Origin: an uncultured Chloroflexia bacterium | GTDB lineage: Bacteria > Chloroflexota > Limnocylindria > QHBO01 | DNA: 64,000 nt | Assembly: GCA_963814375.1 (NCBI GenBank) | Contig: CAWFCQ010000002.1 | Coordinates: 176,017 to 240,016 of the forward strand | Reading direction: 5' to 3' | Shown here: positions 1 to 9,717 of the stretch, in pieces | Layout: each line of letters starts with the position of its first letter | Position numbering within the stretch: the first letter of the stretch is position 1 | The notes under the pieces: model-generated | Databases searched by the model: none | What the model was told of the DNA's origin: nothing | Seen by the model: only the letters and a program-made list of their open reading frames with translations | Program-made: the position numbers and the translations under genes

Positions 1-999
1 GCGGCGGCCGACGCGCTGTTCACGCTGGCGCAGCTGTTCGCGATGACCGTCGTCGTCGCCGACCTGGTGGCGGAAGAGCCGGGCGCCGCCCGCCGCGTGC
101 TGTGGGTGTATGTCATCGCCGCCTGCGCCACCGCGGTCATCGCGCTGGGTGCCGCGGGGCTGGGTGGCGGCCTCGGCGGAGAGCGCATCGGCGCCTTCGA
201 GTCGCAGGACGTGGCGCAGTTCGCGGCCCTGGTCGTGCCCGCCGTCCTCTTCTTCTACGTGGAGCTGCTCGAGGGGCGGCATCGCCTGGTGGCGTCGGCC
301 GGCATCATGGTCGCGGCCGCCGCGATCGTCTTCAGCGGGACTCGCAGCGCGTGGATCGCGATGGCGGTGGCAGCCGCCGTCATCACGCTGCCGCGCATCG
401 GCCGGCGAGGCATGGTGCCGATCGCGATGGTTGGGCTCGGGGTCCTGGCGCTCTTCACCGTGGACGAGCTGGGTGGGTTCGTCCTCGATCGCCTCGGGAC
501 GGCGCTGAGCTCCGGAGGCGCCGGCCGCATCGACATCTGGTCCGTCGGCCTGAACATCTTCGCGGCCCATCCGGTCGCCGGCGTCGGGTACGGAAACTTC
601 CCGATCGCGTTCACTCCCGAGGTGATCCGCGCCACCGACGTGCCAGGCCTGGATGTCAACGTCCTCTTCCCTGGCGCCGGCCCGCACTCCTTCCTCATCG
701 GTACGCTGGCCGAGCTGGGCCTGGTCGGCATCGCGCTCCTCGTGCCGTTCCTCGGCGTGACGCTCCTCGGGCGCGCCACGGACCAATCGTGGCCGGTCGT
801 CCAGGGCATCCTCCTTGCGCTCGTGGTGCAGGGCTTCTTCCTGGACCTGATGAACCGAAAGCACTTCTGGCTCTTCATCGGCCTCGCGCTCGGGCTGGCC
901 TGGCAGGCCGCGATGGAGCGACGCGCACGGGCGGAGGCCGAAGCGGCGGAGCGCGACGCGTTCGCGCAGACGATCAGGACCACCTGGGCTCCCTCGTGA
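1..999 (+). CDS. O-antigen ligase/Wzy-like polymerase family membrane protein (5' end probably outside window)
   Basis: Multi-TM ORF with SGTRSAW, GRIDIW, HPVAGVGYGNF and H..L.ELGLVG motifs typical of the Wzy_C/WaaL family; frame is open from position 1. Confidence 0.8.
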   Translation, partial: AAADALFTLAQLFAMTVVVADLVAEEPGAARRVLWVYVIAACATAVIALGAAGLGGGLGGERIGAFESQDVAQFAALVVPAVLFFYVELLEGRHRLVASAGIMVAAAAIVFSGTRSAWIAMAVAAAVITLPRIGRRGMVPIAMVGLGVLALFTVDELGGFVLDRLGTALSSGGAGRIDIWSVGLNIFAAHPVAGVGYGNFPIAFTPEVIRATDVPGLDVNVLFPGAGPHSFLIGTLAELGLVGIALLVPFLGVTLLGRATDQSWPVVQGILLALVVQGFFLDLMNRKHFWLFIGLALGLAWQAAMERRARAEAEAAERDAFAQTIRTTWAPS

Positions 1000-1640
1000 G
1001 CGACGGGACGCCGCGGGGGAAGCGGCTGCTCGATCTGGGAGTCGGTGCCCCGATGGCGGTCGCGACGCTCCCCCTCCTCGCGGGCGTGGCGATCGCGAAC
1101 CGGCTGACCGGCGACCGCGGCCCGCTGTTCTACCGCGCGGTGAGGGTTGGCGAGGGCGGGCGCCCGATAACGGTCCTCAAGCTGCGGACGATGGCGGTCG
1201 ACGGCGTCGGTGGGCCGCTCACCCAGCGCGACGACCCCCGCGTCACCCGGGTCGGTCGCTTCCTACGGCGATTCAAGATCGACGAGCTGCCGCAGCTGTG
1301 GAACGTGGTGCGCGGCGACATGAGCCTCGTCGGCCCGCGCCCTGAGGACCCGGGCTTCGTCGACTGGTCGAACCCGCTGCATGCCGCGGTCTTCATGGCA
1401 CGACCGGGCATCACCGGCCTCGCGCAGCTCGCGTACGCGCGAGAGGAGGAGCTCCATGTCGGCGACGAGGCGATGGATCTTTACGAGAGCGAGATCCTGC
1501 CGCGGAAGCTTCGCCTCGATCGCTGGTATCTCGAGCACAGCGGGCTGCGGCTCGACGCACGCATCCTGCTGAGCACCGCCGGGATCGTGATCGGCATCAA
1601 GCGCCGCCGATGGACGCGCCCGGGGCCGCCGATCGGCTGA
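996..1640 (+). CDS. Bacterial sugar transferase (priming glycosyl-1-phosphate transferase domain)
   Basis: [58 protein letters not shown] motifs; GTG start overlaps the upstream TGA. Confidence 0.92.
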   Translation: MSDGTPRGKRLLDLGVGAPMAVATLPLLAGVAIANRLTGDRGPLFYRAVRVGEGGRPITVLKLRTMAVDGVGGPLTQRDDPRVTRVGRFLRRFKIDELPQLWNVVRGDMSLVGPRPEDPGFVDWSNPLHAAVFMARPGITGLAQLAYAREEELHVGDEAMDLYESEILPRKLRLDRWYLEHSGLRLDARILLSTAGIVIGIKRRRWTRPGPPIG

Positions 1641-1657
1641 ACGAGCGCGCGCCCGGG

Positions 1658-2491
1658 TCAGCGGCTGCGGCGAGGGCGGGGGACCGCCATGGGTGCGGTG
1701 GCCCGCGTCGAGGATGTCGCGGACCGCCGCTCGGAGGCCTCGAAGGCGTAGACCGCGAGCGCGGTGATCACGAGGCCGATGAACGCGCCGATCGCGGTGT
1801 TGAAGAGGATCCGCGGCGAGGAGGGATCGGTGGGTGGCACGGCCGGCTCGACCACGACCAGCCGGTTCGCAGAGCTGGTCAGCTGCTGGAGCACGGAGTC
1901 GCGCTCCTGACGCAACTGGTCGCGCTGATCCTGGAGCACGGATAGCCGGTTCTCCTGCGCCGTCGTCAGGGTCGGGAGGGCGAGGAGCTCGCCGACCTGC
2001 GTCGTGACCGCGGCAATCTGCTCGTCGAGCGCGGTCAGGTCATCCGCGGTGACTGGGTCGACAGGATTCTCCTCGATGCCGGCCAGGAGGACTTGGGCCA
2101 GGCCGTTGGCGATGTCCGCCGCATCCCCCGGATCGGCGGCCTCCGCGGTGATGACGATCAGGGTGCTGTTCGCCGGCGCCCGGACCTCGACCGATGCGGA
2201 CAGCTCCTCGGGAGTCATGTCGAGCCCGAGCTGGCCGATGACGCGGTCGAGACTGGGGCGGGCCGTGGCCACCTCGGCGTAGGTCTGCGCGATGACCTGC
2301 GATGCCAGCAGCTGGGTGTAGTCCGGGTTTGGGCCGGTCAGCGACTGGCCAACGAGAAGGCGCGTCTCCGCCGTGTAGGCCTTGGGGAGGAGGCTGGAGA
2401 TGATGAACGCGGCCGCGCCGGCCAGCGCCATGCCCACGAGCATGACGAGCAGCCAGTCACGGATGAAGATCAGCCAGCCTCGGACGTCCAT
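1658..2491 (-). CDS. Wzz/CapA-like polysaccharide chain-length determinant (no kinase domain)
   Basis: N-terminal TM + PKAYTAETRLLV, coiled-coil segment, C-terminal PTDPSSPR + TM. Confidence 0.8.
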   Translation of the reverse strand: MDVRGWLIFIRDWLLVMLVGMALAGAAAFIISSLLPKAYTAETRLLVGQSLTGPNPDYTQLLASQVIAQTYAEVATARPSLDRVIGQLGLDMTPEELSASVEVRAPANSTLIVITAEAADPGDAADIANGLAQVLLAGIEENPVDPVTADDLTALDEQIAAVTTQVGELLALPTLTTAQENRLSVLQDQRDQLRQERDSVLQQLTSSANRLVVVEPAVPPTDPSSPRILFNTAIGAFIGLVITALAVYAFEASERRSATSSTRATAPMAVPRPRRSR

Positions 2492-2655
2492 CGGTCTCCT
2501 ACGTGGTCGCAGCGACGACCGGCCGGTGGCTCGGAAGGATCACGGTGGATGGCGCGGCGGTCGTTGCCGGCAGTCCCCCCGCGTCCCACCCGGCACGCCA
2601 GACGGTCGGGGACGCGACTGTACACGTTCGCGCCGCCGGTGGGTAGTCGCCCCAA

Positions 2656-4068
2656 TCAGGCGCGCGCCGTCGCCTCCTGGCCCTCGGGCGTGTCGCGTAC
2701 CTCCACCCCCATCGCCGCCAGCTCGTCGCGCAGCGCGTCGGCGCGGGCGAAGTCGCGTTCAGCCCGTGCGGCGGCTCGGCGCTCGAGCAGATCATCCGCC
2801 CCTGCGGGCAGCGGGATCTCGCTCTCCGCCGGCAGGTCGAGACCCACGGCGAGCACGTGGTCGAAGTCGAGCAGCAGCGCGCGACGTGCGGCATCGTCGA
2901 GGTCATCCGCCGATGCGACCTCGTGCGCGATCGCGACCGCGCGCGGGGTGGCGAGGTCGTCGACGACGGCATCGGTGAAGCGCCGGCGATAGCCGGCCAT
3001 CGGCTCGGTGCCGAGGTCGACGGTACCGTCGGGGCCGGCTGAGGCTCGCCGCAGCCTGGCCAGGCCGCTGGTCGCCGCGTGCATCGCATCGGTCGTGAAG
3101 TCGAGCTTGCTGCGGTAGTGGGCCGTGAGGGCCAGGTAGCGGAAGGCGAGCGGCTCGTAGCCCAGCTCCGGGAGATCGGCGACCCGGATGATGTTGCCCG
3201 CGCTCTTGGCCATCTTCGCGTCGTCCATGGTCAGGAACTCGCCGTGCAGCCACATGCTGACCACCGGATGGCCGAGCGCGCCCTCGGACTGGGCGATCTC
3301 GTCCTCGTGGTGCGGGAAGCGCAGGTCGATGCCGCCGGTGTGGACGTCGAACCGCTCGCCGAGGTGCTTGAGGCTCATCGCCGAGCACTCGATGTGCCAG
3401 CCCGGGAAGCCGTCACCCCACGGCGAGGCCCACTTCATGAGGCGGCTGGCGCCCGCTCGCTTCCAGAGCGCGAAGTCGGCCGGGTCGCGCTTGTCCGACT
3501 CGACCTCGACGCGGTGGCCGGCATGGGTCTCCTCGACCTTCTGGCCGGACAGCTGCCCGTAACCGGGGAAGGCGCCGACGTCGTAGTAGATCGTGCCGTC
3601 GACCTCGTAGGCGAGGCCCCTGGCGACGAGTCGCTCGGTGAGCGAGATCATCTCGGCGATGTGCTCGGTCGCCTTCGGCATGACGTCGGCGGGCAGGATG
3701 TTGATCAGCGCCTCGTCCTCGAGCCACGCCCGCGTGTAGTAGTCCGCGATCTCCGCCGGCGTCTTGCCCTCCGTCTCGGCGGCTCGCTCGATCTTGTCCT
3801 CGCCCTCGATCGCGTCGAGCTGGTCGTCGCGCATATGCCCGACGTCGGTGATGTTCTTCACGTAGAGAACCTCGTAGCCGAGGTACTCCAGGGTGCGGTG
3901 GAGGAGGTCGCCGAAGAGGTACGTCCGCAGGTTGCCGATGTGCGCGTACTTGTAGACCGTGCTGCCGCAGGTGTAGATGCCGACCCGGCCCGGCTCGAGC
4001 GTGACCAGCGGCTCGGTGCGGCGAGTCAGCGTGTTGTGCAGGCGCACCTGCGGCAGGGGATCGGCCAT
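2656..4068 (-). CDS. cysS: Cysteine--tRNA ligase
   Basis: YTCGSTVY, HIGN, NITDVGH, DFALWK, SPWGDGFPGWHIECSAM, GGIDLRFPHHEDE, KMAKS. Confidence 0.97.
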   Translation of the reverse strand: MADPLPQVRLHNTLTRRTEPLVTLEPGRVGIYTCGSTVYKYAHIGNLRTYLFGDLLHRTLEYLGYEVLYVKNITDVGHMRDDQLDAIEGEDKIERAAETEGKTPAEIADYYTRAWLEDEALINILPADVMPKATEHIAEMISLTERLVARGLAYEVDGTIYYDVGAFPGYGQLSGQKVEETHAGHRVEVESDKRDPADFALWKRAGASRLMKWASPWGDGFPGWHIECSAMSLKHLGERFDVHTGGIDLRFPHHEDEIAQSEGALGHPVVSMWLHGEFLTMDDAKMAKSAGNIIRVADLPELGYEPLAFRYLALTAHYRSKLDFTTDAMHAATSGLARLRRASAGPDGTVDLGTEPMAGYRRRFTDAVVDDLATPRAVAIAHEVASADDLDDAARRALLLDFDHVLAVGLDLPAESEIPLPAGADDLLERRAAARAERDFARADALRDELAAMGVEVRDTPEGQEATARA

Positions 4069-4106
4069 GGGTCAGGCATTGTACCGACGGGGCGTAGGAT
4101 GCACCG

Positions 4107-4748
4107 ATGCCGCAGCCGGACGCCTCCGACGCTCTCCCGCTGACCATCGGCGAGGAGCCGAGGTTCTGTCCCGCCTGCGGCCGACCGGTCGAGGCCCGCA
4201 CGATCGAGCCCGACCATCGCCCTCGCCTCGTCTGCGCCGAGGGTCATGTCACGTGGCGCAATCCGCGCGTCGTGGTGGGCACACTGCCAATCGAAAGTGG
4301 GCGGGTCTACCTCGCGCGCCGCGCAATCGAGCCGGCGCTGGGCCGATGGGGCAACCCGAGCGGGTTCCTGGAGCTGGGGGAGTCCGTCCAGGAGGGTGCT
4401 CGGCGCGAGACGGAGGAGGAGACCGAGCTCCGGGTGGAGGTCGGCCGGCTCATCGGCGTCTACTCGCGGCCGCAGGCGGGAATCGTGACGATCGCGTTCG
4501 AGGCGGCGGTTGTCGGCGGGCGTCCCGAGCCGGCGGCCGAGACGAGCGAGGTGCGGGCATTCGGACCCGACGAGATCCCGTGGGACGAGATCGCCTTCAG
4601 CACGGCGGAGAGCGCCCTCCGGGACTGGGTCGCCTCGCTCCCGGGCCGGGGTCCGAGGCTCGAGCCGGAGCTCTACGTCACCGGCGACGCCGACGAGCGA
4701 AGCACCTCGCCACGCACCGGGACGCCCACGCCGAGAAGCAGCCCGTAG
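4107..4748 (+). CDS. NUDIX hydrolase with N-terminal zinc ribbon
   Basis: FCPACG...C..GH followed by Nudix box GFLELGESVQEGARRETEEETEL. Confidence 0.88.
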   Translation: MPQPDASDALPLTIGEEPRFCPACGRPVEARTIEPDHRPRLVCAEGHVTWRNPRVVVGTLPIESGRVYLARRAIEPALGRWGNPSGFLELGESVQEGARRETEEETELRVEVGRLIGVYSRPQAGIVTIAFEAAVVGGRPEPAAETSEVRAFGPDEIPWDEIAFSTAESALRDWVASLPGRGPRLEPELYVTGDADERSTSPRTGTPTPRSSP

Positions 4749-5146
4749 CCGAGCGTCGCGAGGATCGGGACGATGTGGGTCGCGAAGACGACCCCGTCCG
4801 CGTCCCGAGTGAAGGCGGCCGCGATCAGGCCCCACGCCAGCAGCGCCACGATCGGGGCGGCCACCGTCAGCGTCATGCGGACGGTGAAGAAGCGGGCGAA
4901 GAAGTACGCGAAGCACATCCCGATGAGCGCGCCGCCGGCCTGGATCGCCGCCAGCCCGAGCACGAACGCCAGCTCCGGCGAGTCGGCCACCGGCGTCATC
5001 GCCAGCGCAAAGGGCCGCAGTGGAAAGAGCGGATCGCCGAGGGCGAGGCCTGCGAGGAGCATGGCGATCGCTGCCCACACGTAGCCCCCCGCCAGACCGG
5101 CGATGAAGCCGCGGTAGGCAAGCCGCAGGCCGTTGACCTCGGTCAC
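4673..5146 (-). CDS. Hypothetical 4-TM membrane protein
   Basis: Hydrophobic ORF; GTG start 6 nt after a TACGCT -10 box. Confidence 0.7.
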   Translation of the reverse strand: MTEVNGLRLAYRGFIAGLAGGYVWAAIAMLLAGLALGDPLFPLRPFALAMTPVADSPELAFVLGLAAIQAGGALIGMCFAYFFARFFTVRMTLTVAAPIVALLAWGLIAAAFTRDADGVVFATHIVPILATLGYGLLLGVGVPVRGEVLRSSASPVT

Positions 5147-5228
5147 GGGTTGAGCGTACGGCGCGGCCGGCCCGATCCCGACCGAGCCGAAGGTACGGTC
5201 AGCCCCCGTACCCGCGGTGCGGGTGGGC

Positions 5229-6494
5229 TCATCCCGCGTAGCGCTGGAAGATCGCCACGGCGTTCTGGCCGCCGAACCCGAACCCGTTGACCCCCACCAC
5301 GTCGACGGGCATCCGGCGCGCGGTGTTCGGCACGTAGTCCAGGTCGCACGCCGGGTCCCGGCGCTCCTGGTTGATGGTCGGCGGGATGAGGCCATCGCGG
5401 ATCGCAAGCGTGGCCGCCAGCGCTGAGATGGCGCCGGCCGCCCCGAGCGTGTGCCCCACCATGCTCTTGTTGCTCGTCACCGCCAGCCGCCCGGCGTGCT
5501 CGCCGAAGGCGCGATGAATCGCCTTCGTCTCGGTGGCGTCGTTGAGCGGGGTGGACGTCCCATGGGCCACCACGACCTGCACCTGCTCGGCCTCGAGATG
5601 AGCGTCGCGAACCGCGCGCGTGATCGCCTGCGTCGCACCGTCCGCCGACGGGTCGGGCGCCGAGATGTGGAAAGCGTCGCCGGTCAGCGCCCCGCCCGCG
5701 ATCTCGGCGATGACGTCCGCGCCGCGGGCCTCCGCGTGCTCCGCGGACTCGACGACGAGGATGCCCGCCGCCTCGCCGAAGACGAAGCCGTCGCGATCGG
5801 CGTCGAACGGGCGTGACGCCGCGGCCGGGTCGTCGTTGCGCTTGGAGAGCGCGCCCATGTTCGCCAGGGCCGCGAAGCTCACCGGCATGATCGCGCTCTC
5901 GGTGCCGCCGGCCACGACGACCTCGACGTCGCCGTGCTCGATGAGGCGCTGCGCCTCGACGAAGGCCTGGACGCCCGCCGCGCAGGCGGCGACCGAGGTG
6001 ATCACCGGGCCGCGGATGTCGTTCTGGATGCTGATCTGGCAGGCGGCCATCGACGGCGACATCATCGGCACCATGAATGGGCTGACCCGCTTCGCGCCCT
6101 TCTGCAACAGGGTGGTCTCGCCGATGGCCACCTCCTGGAGCCCTCCACCGCCGGTGTTCACGACCACGCCGACGTCGTCGCGGTTGTGCTCGCCGATCTC
6201 GAGGCCGGCATCGTCGATCGCCTGGCGCGCGGCCGCCACCGCGAGCTGGGCGAATCGGCTCATCCGCCGAGCCTGCTTGTGATCCATCCAGTCGCGTGGC
6301 TCGAAGCCCTTCACCTCGGCCGCGATCCGGACCTCGTAGTCGGAGGGGTCGAACGACTCGATGCGGGCGACCCCGGAGACCCCGCCGGTGAGGTTGGACC
6401 AGAAGGTGCCGACGTCGTTGCCGATCGGCGTGATCGCCCCGAGCCCGGTGATGACGGCTCGTCGCGCTGGGTCGCGCGGGGGCGGCGGTCGCAC
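5229..6494 (-). CDS. fabF: Beta-ketoacyl-ACP synthase II (copy 2)
   Basis: RAVITGLG, AACAAG (catalytic Cys), AHGTSTPLND, KSMVGHTLGAAGA, NGFGFGGQN. Confidence 0.92.
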   Translation of the reverse strand: MRPPPPRDPARRAVITGLGAITPIGNDVGTFWSNLTGGVSGVARIESFDPSDYEVRIAAEVKGFEPRDWMDHKQARRMSRFAQLAVAAARQAIDDAGLEIGEHNRDDVGVVVNTGGGGLQEVAIGETTLLQKGAKRVSPFMVPMMSPSMAACQISIQNDIRGPVITSVAACAAGVQAFVEAQRLIEHGDVEVVVAGGTESAIMPVSFAALANMGALSKRNDDPAAASRPFDADRDGFVFGEAAGILVVESAEHAEARGADVIAEIAGGALTGDAFHISAPDPSADGATQAITRAVRDAHLEAEQVQVVVAHGTSTPLNDATETKAIHRAFGEHAGRLAVTSNKSMVGHTLGAAGAISALAATLAIRDGLIPPTINQERRDPACDLDYVPNTARRMPVDVVGVNGFGFGGQNAVAIFQRYAG

Positions 6495-6495
6495 C

Positions 6496-7776
6496 CTAGT
6501 CCTCGTAGCGGCGCAGGATGACCGTGCTGTTGTGCCCGCCCAAACCCATCGAGTTCGAGAGGGCGACCCGGACATCGGCCGCCCGTGCCTCGTTCGGGAC
6601 GTAGTCGAGCGTCAGCTCGGGGTCGGGATGGCGGTAGTTGATCGTCGGTGGCAGACAGCCGGTCATCACCGCCTTGGCGCACACGAAGGTCTCGATCGCG
6701 CCGGCCGCGCCCATCGCGTGCCCGGTCATCGACTTCGTGCTCGAGACGGCCAGCCGGTCGGCGTGATCGCCGAAGACGTCGCGGATGGCCATCGTCTCGA
6801 ATCGGTCGTTGAGCGGCGTCCCTGTCCCGTGGGCGTTGATGTAATCGACATCGTCCGGGCCCATGCCGGCCCGCGCCAGTGCGGCGCGCATCGCTCGCTG
6901 GTTGCCCTCGCCCCGCTCCGCCGGAGCCGCCATGTCGAAGGCGTCTGCCGAGGAGCCGTAGCCGATCACCTCGACCAGGGGCCGCGCACCGCGGGCAAGC
7001 GCGTGCTGGAGCTCCTCGAGCACCAGGACGGCCGAACCCTCCGAGACGACGAACCCGTTGCGCGTCGCGTCGAACGGGCGGGAGGCCATCGGGGGGCTGT
7101 ACGCGCCGGAGTCGGGGTCGATCGGCGTGCCGAGCGCGCGCATCTGGCCGAAGCCGGCGATGGCGAGCGGGACGAGCGGCGCCTCGGTGCCGGCGCCGAG
7201 CATGATGTCGGCCTGGCCACGCACGATGGCCTCCATCGCCTCGCCGACCGCGTGGCCGCCGGTTGCGCACGCGCTGACGACCGCGAGGTTGTGGCCGCGG
7301 ATCCCGTACTGGATCGCCACCTGGCCGGACGGCGAGTCCGGAAGCATGTGGGGCAGCATGAATGGCGAGACCCGGCGCGGTCCGCGCTCCATGAGCGTCA
7401 CCTGGCCGTCGAGCAGCAGTCCGATGCCGCCGATGCCGGTCCCGAAGACCATCCCGAACCGATCGGCGTCGACGTCTGCGGTGACGTGCCCGTCGTCGCC
7501 GAGGAGCCCGGCGTCGCCCAGCGCCTCACCGGTTGCCGCGACCGCCAGGTGCGTGCTGCGATCGTGACGCCGGGCGTCCTTGGCGTCCATGTAGCTCGTC
7601 GCGTCGAAGCCCTTCACCTCGCCCGCCACGTCCACGTCGAAGCCGGAGGCGTCGAAGAGCGTGATCGTGTCGATGCCCGAGCGGCCGGACACGAGCCCAT
7701 CCCAGGTCGCCTCGGCCCCGATCCCGACCGGGGAGACGATTCCCAGCCCGGTGACGACCGCCCGCCGGTCGGTCAC
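6496..7776 (-). CDS. fabF: Beta-ketoacyl-ACP synthase II (copy 1)
   Basis: RAVVTGLG, SACATG, YINAHGTGTPLND, KSMTGHAMGAAGA, NSMGLGGHN. Confidence 0.92.
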   Translation of the reverse strand: MTDRRAVVTGLGIVSPVGIGAEATWDGLVSGRSGIDTITLFDASGFDVDVAGEVKGFDATSYMDAKDARRHDRSTHLAVAATGEALGDAGLLGDDGHVTADVDADRFGMVFGTGIGGIGLLLDGQVTLMERGPRRVSPFMLPHMLPDSPSGQVAIQYGIRGHNLAVVSACATGGHAVGEAMEAIVRGQADIMLGAGTEAPLVPLAIAGFGQMRALGTPIDPDSGAYSPPMASRPFDATRNGFVVSEGSAVLVLEELQHALARGARPLVEVIGYGSSADAFDMAAPAERGEGNQRAMRAALARAGMGPDDVDYINAHGTGTPLNDRFETMAIRDVFGDHADRLAVSSTKSMTGHAMGAAGAIETFVCAKAVMTGCLPPTINYRHPDPELTLDYVPNEARAADVRVALSNSMGLGGHNSTVILRRYED

Positions 7777-8729
7777 GCAGGCGTCTCGCGGAAGGCTGCC
7801 AGCCAGGCGCGCGGGTCGGGCAGGTCGACGGCGTGGGTAACCGCGTCGGGGCTGATGCGGCGAATGAGGCCCGAGAGCACGCGTCCGGGCCCGACCTCCA
7901 CGAAGTCGGTGACCCCGGAGGCCGCCATGTGCCTCACGCTGGCCGTCCACTGGACGCCATGCACCAGGTGCTCGGTGAGCTCGCTTCGCAGGCCATCAGC
8001 GGTGCTGATGACCGATGCGTGGACGTTGCCGAGCATCGGCACCTTGGGGTCGCGGAAGGGCACCCTGGTCAGGATGCGCCCGAACTCGTCGCGGGCGCGG
8101 CGCATGAGGGGTGAGTGGCTGGCCACGCTGACGGTGAGGCGGACCGCCTTGCGCGCGCCGACCGTCTTGCTCATCTCGAGCGCGAAGGCGAGCGCCGGGA
8201 CCACTCCCGAGAGGACGATCTGGCCGGGCGCATTCTTGTTCGCCACGGAGATCTCGCCGTGCTCGCGCGCGGCGTCGACGATGTCGTGCACCTGCTCGTC
8301 CGTCAGGCCGACGACGGCCCCCATGCCGCCCTCGATGCCGCGCTCCTGCATGATGCGGCCGCGTTCGCGCACGAGGCGCAGCGCATCGGCGTAGTCGATG
8401 GCATCCGCGGCGACCGCCGCGGCGTACTGGCCGGCCGAGTGACCGGCGACCGCGCTCGGGAGGATCTCGATGCCCGCCTCACGCGCCACCTCGCGCATCG
8501 CCTCGAGATACGCGACGCTCGTGGCGAGGATCGCGGGCTGGGCGTTGACGGTGAGGTCCAGCTCCTCCGCCGGTCCCTCCAGGATCATGCGCGTGAGCGG
8601 GATGCCGAGCGCGGCGTCGGCGCGCTCGAAGGCGGCGGCGGCGGCGGGGGATCGCTTGACCAGGTCGGCGCCCATGCCCACGTACTGTGAGCCCTGTCCC
8701 GGGAAGACGAGGGCGATGCGGCGGGACAT
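7773..8729 (-). CDS. fabD: Malonyl-CoA:ACP transacylase
   Basis: VFPGQGSQYVGMG, NAQPAI, GHSAG nucleophile motif, VSVASHSPLM, EVGPGRVL; start could be 8762. Confidence 0.93.
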   Translation of the reverse strand: MSRRIALVFPGQGSQYVGMGADLVKRSPAAAAAFERADAALGIPLTRMILEGPAEELDLTVNAQPAILATSVAYLEAMREVAREAGIEILPSAVAGHSAGQYAAAVAADAIDYADALRLVRERGRIMQERGIEGGMGAVVGLTDEQVHDIVDAAREHGEISVANKNAPGQIVLSGVVPALAFALEMSKTVGARKAVRLTVSVASHSPLMRRARDEFGRILTRVPFRDPKVPMLGNVHASVISTADGLRSELTEHLVHGVQWTASVRHMAASGVTDFVEVGPGRVLSGLIRRISPDAVTHAVDLPDPRAWLAAFRETPA

Positions 8730-8826
8730 CGGTTCGGTCCCGGGATCGGTCTGATGGGTCATCGTTGGCTGTGCCGTAATTGCGTGCGCGGAAGTATAGG
8801 GCCGTGCTCCGACCCGGGCCAACGCC

Positions 8827-9717
8827 CTATCGGTCGCAGAAGCCGCCGTGGATGGGCTCCACTGCGAACGTCGGAGGGTCGGCTTCGTTGTCGACATCGA
8901 TGAGCTCGTGCCATGCCGGATAGACGAAGACGTCGAGGCTGATCTCGAGCTCGTGCGGGTGCGTCGCATAGCGACCTTCTCCCGGCCCGTCGCGGAACTC
9001 CTCCTGCGCGTCCGCAAGCCATTCGCGGTCCCAGGTGCAGGACTGGGCGATCTCCTCCTCGGTCCAGCCTTCGGTGTTCGGCCCGTCCTCGGCGGCGCTG
9101 GCGAGCGTGCAGGCCCCGAGCGCCCATCTACCGATGGAGCGCAGGTTCTCCCTGGGAGCGCGCGCCACGATCTCACGGTCGCCATCGGGCTTCAGCTGCT
9201 CGGCCGCCGCGGCGGATGCGATCCGCAGAGCGGAGTCGACGTCGGCACCAATCGCGGGCGGCGCCACAGTGGCGAGCTGCCCGAGATGCGCGATGAGGAC
9301 CTGGCGCTCGAGCAGCGCGCCGGTCGCCCAGCCGAGCTTGCCGAGCAGCGGCTCCCAGGTGGCGCAGGCGGCCTGATCGTCCGGGAGACCACTGACATCC
9401 GGCAACCGCACGCCGGCGAGCGCCGACTCGAAGGTGGCCATGAGCTCGTCGACCTGCTCCTCCCATTCATCGGGAACCGGGGACGGCCCGATCAATGCCG
9501 TCCGGACCGCGTCGAGGTCGATCTGGATCGCCGTCCCGGACCGTGACGAGGGAGCGGGGGACCCCTCGGGTGTCGCCGAGGGCACAGACGCCGGCGCGCT
9601 GGCCGACGGGCTCGCGACGGCCGGCATCGGCGTGCCGCTGCGCGCGCAGCCCGCGACGAGGAGCGCGAAGGCAGCAACGAAGAAGGCGGCTCGGGCGATG
9701 CCGCGTCGCAGAGTCAC
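8827..9717 (-). CDS. Hypothetical lipoprotein
   Basis: Basic N-terminus, hydrophobic stretch, lipobox VAGC, Pro/Ser linker; start overlaps the M20 peptidase stop. Confidence 0.65.
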   Translation of the reverse strand: MTLRRGIARAAFFVAAFALLVAGCARSGTPMPAVASPSASAPASVPSATPEGSPAPSSRSGTAIQIDLDAVRTALIGPSPVPDEWEEQVDELMATFESALAGVRLPDVSGLPDDQAACATWEPLLGKLGWATGALLERQVLIAHLGQLATVAPPAIGADVDSALRIASAAAAEQLKPDGDREIVARAPRENLRSIGRWALGACTLASAAEDGPNTEGWTEEEIAQSCTWDREWLADAQEEFRDGPGEGRYATHPHELEISLDVFVYPAWHELIDVDNEADPPTFAVEPIHGGFCDR

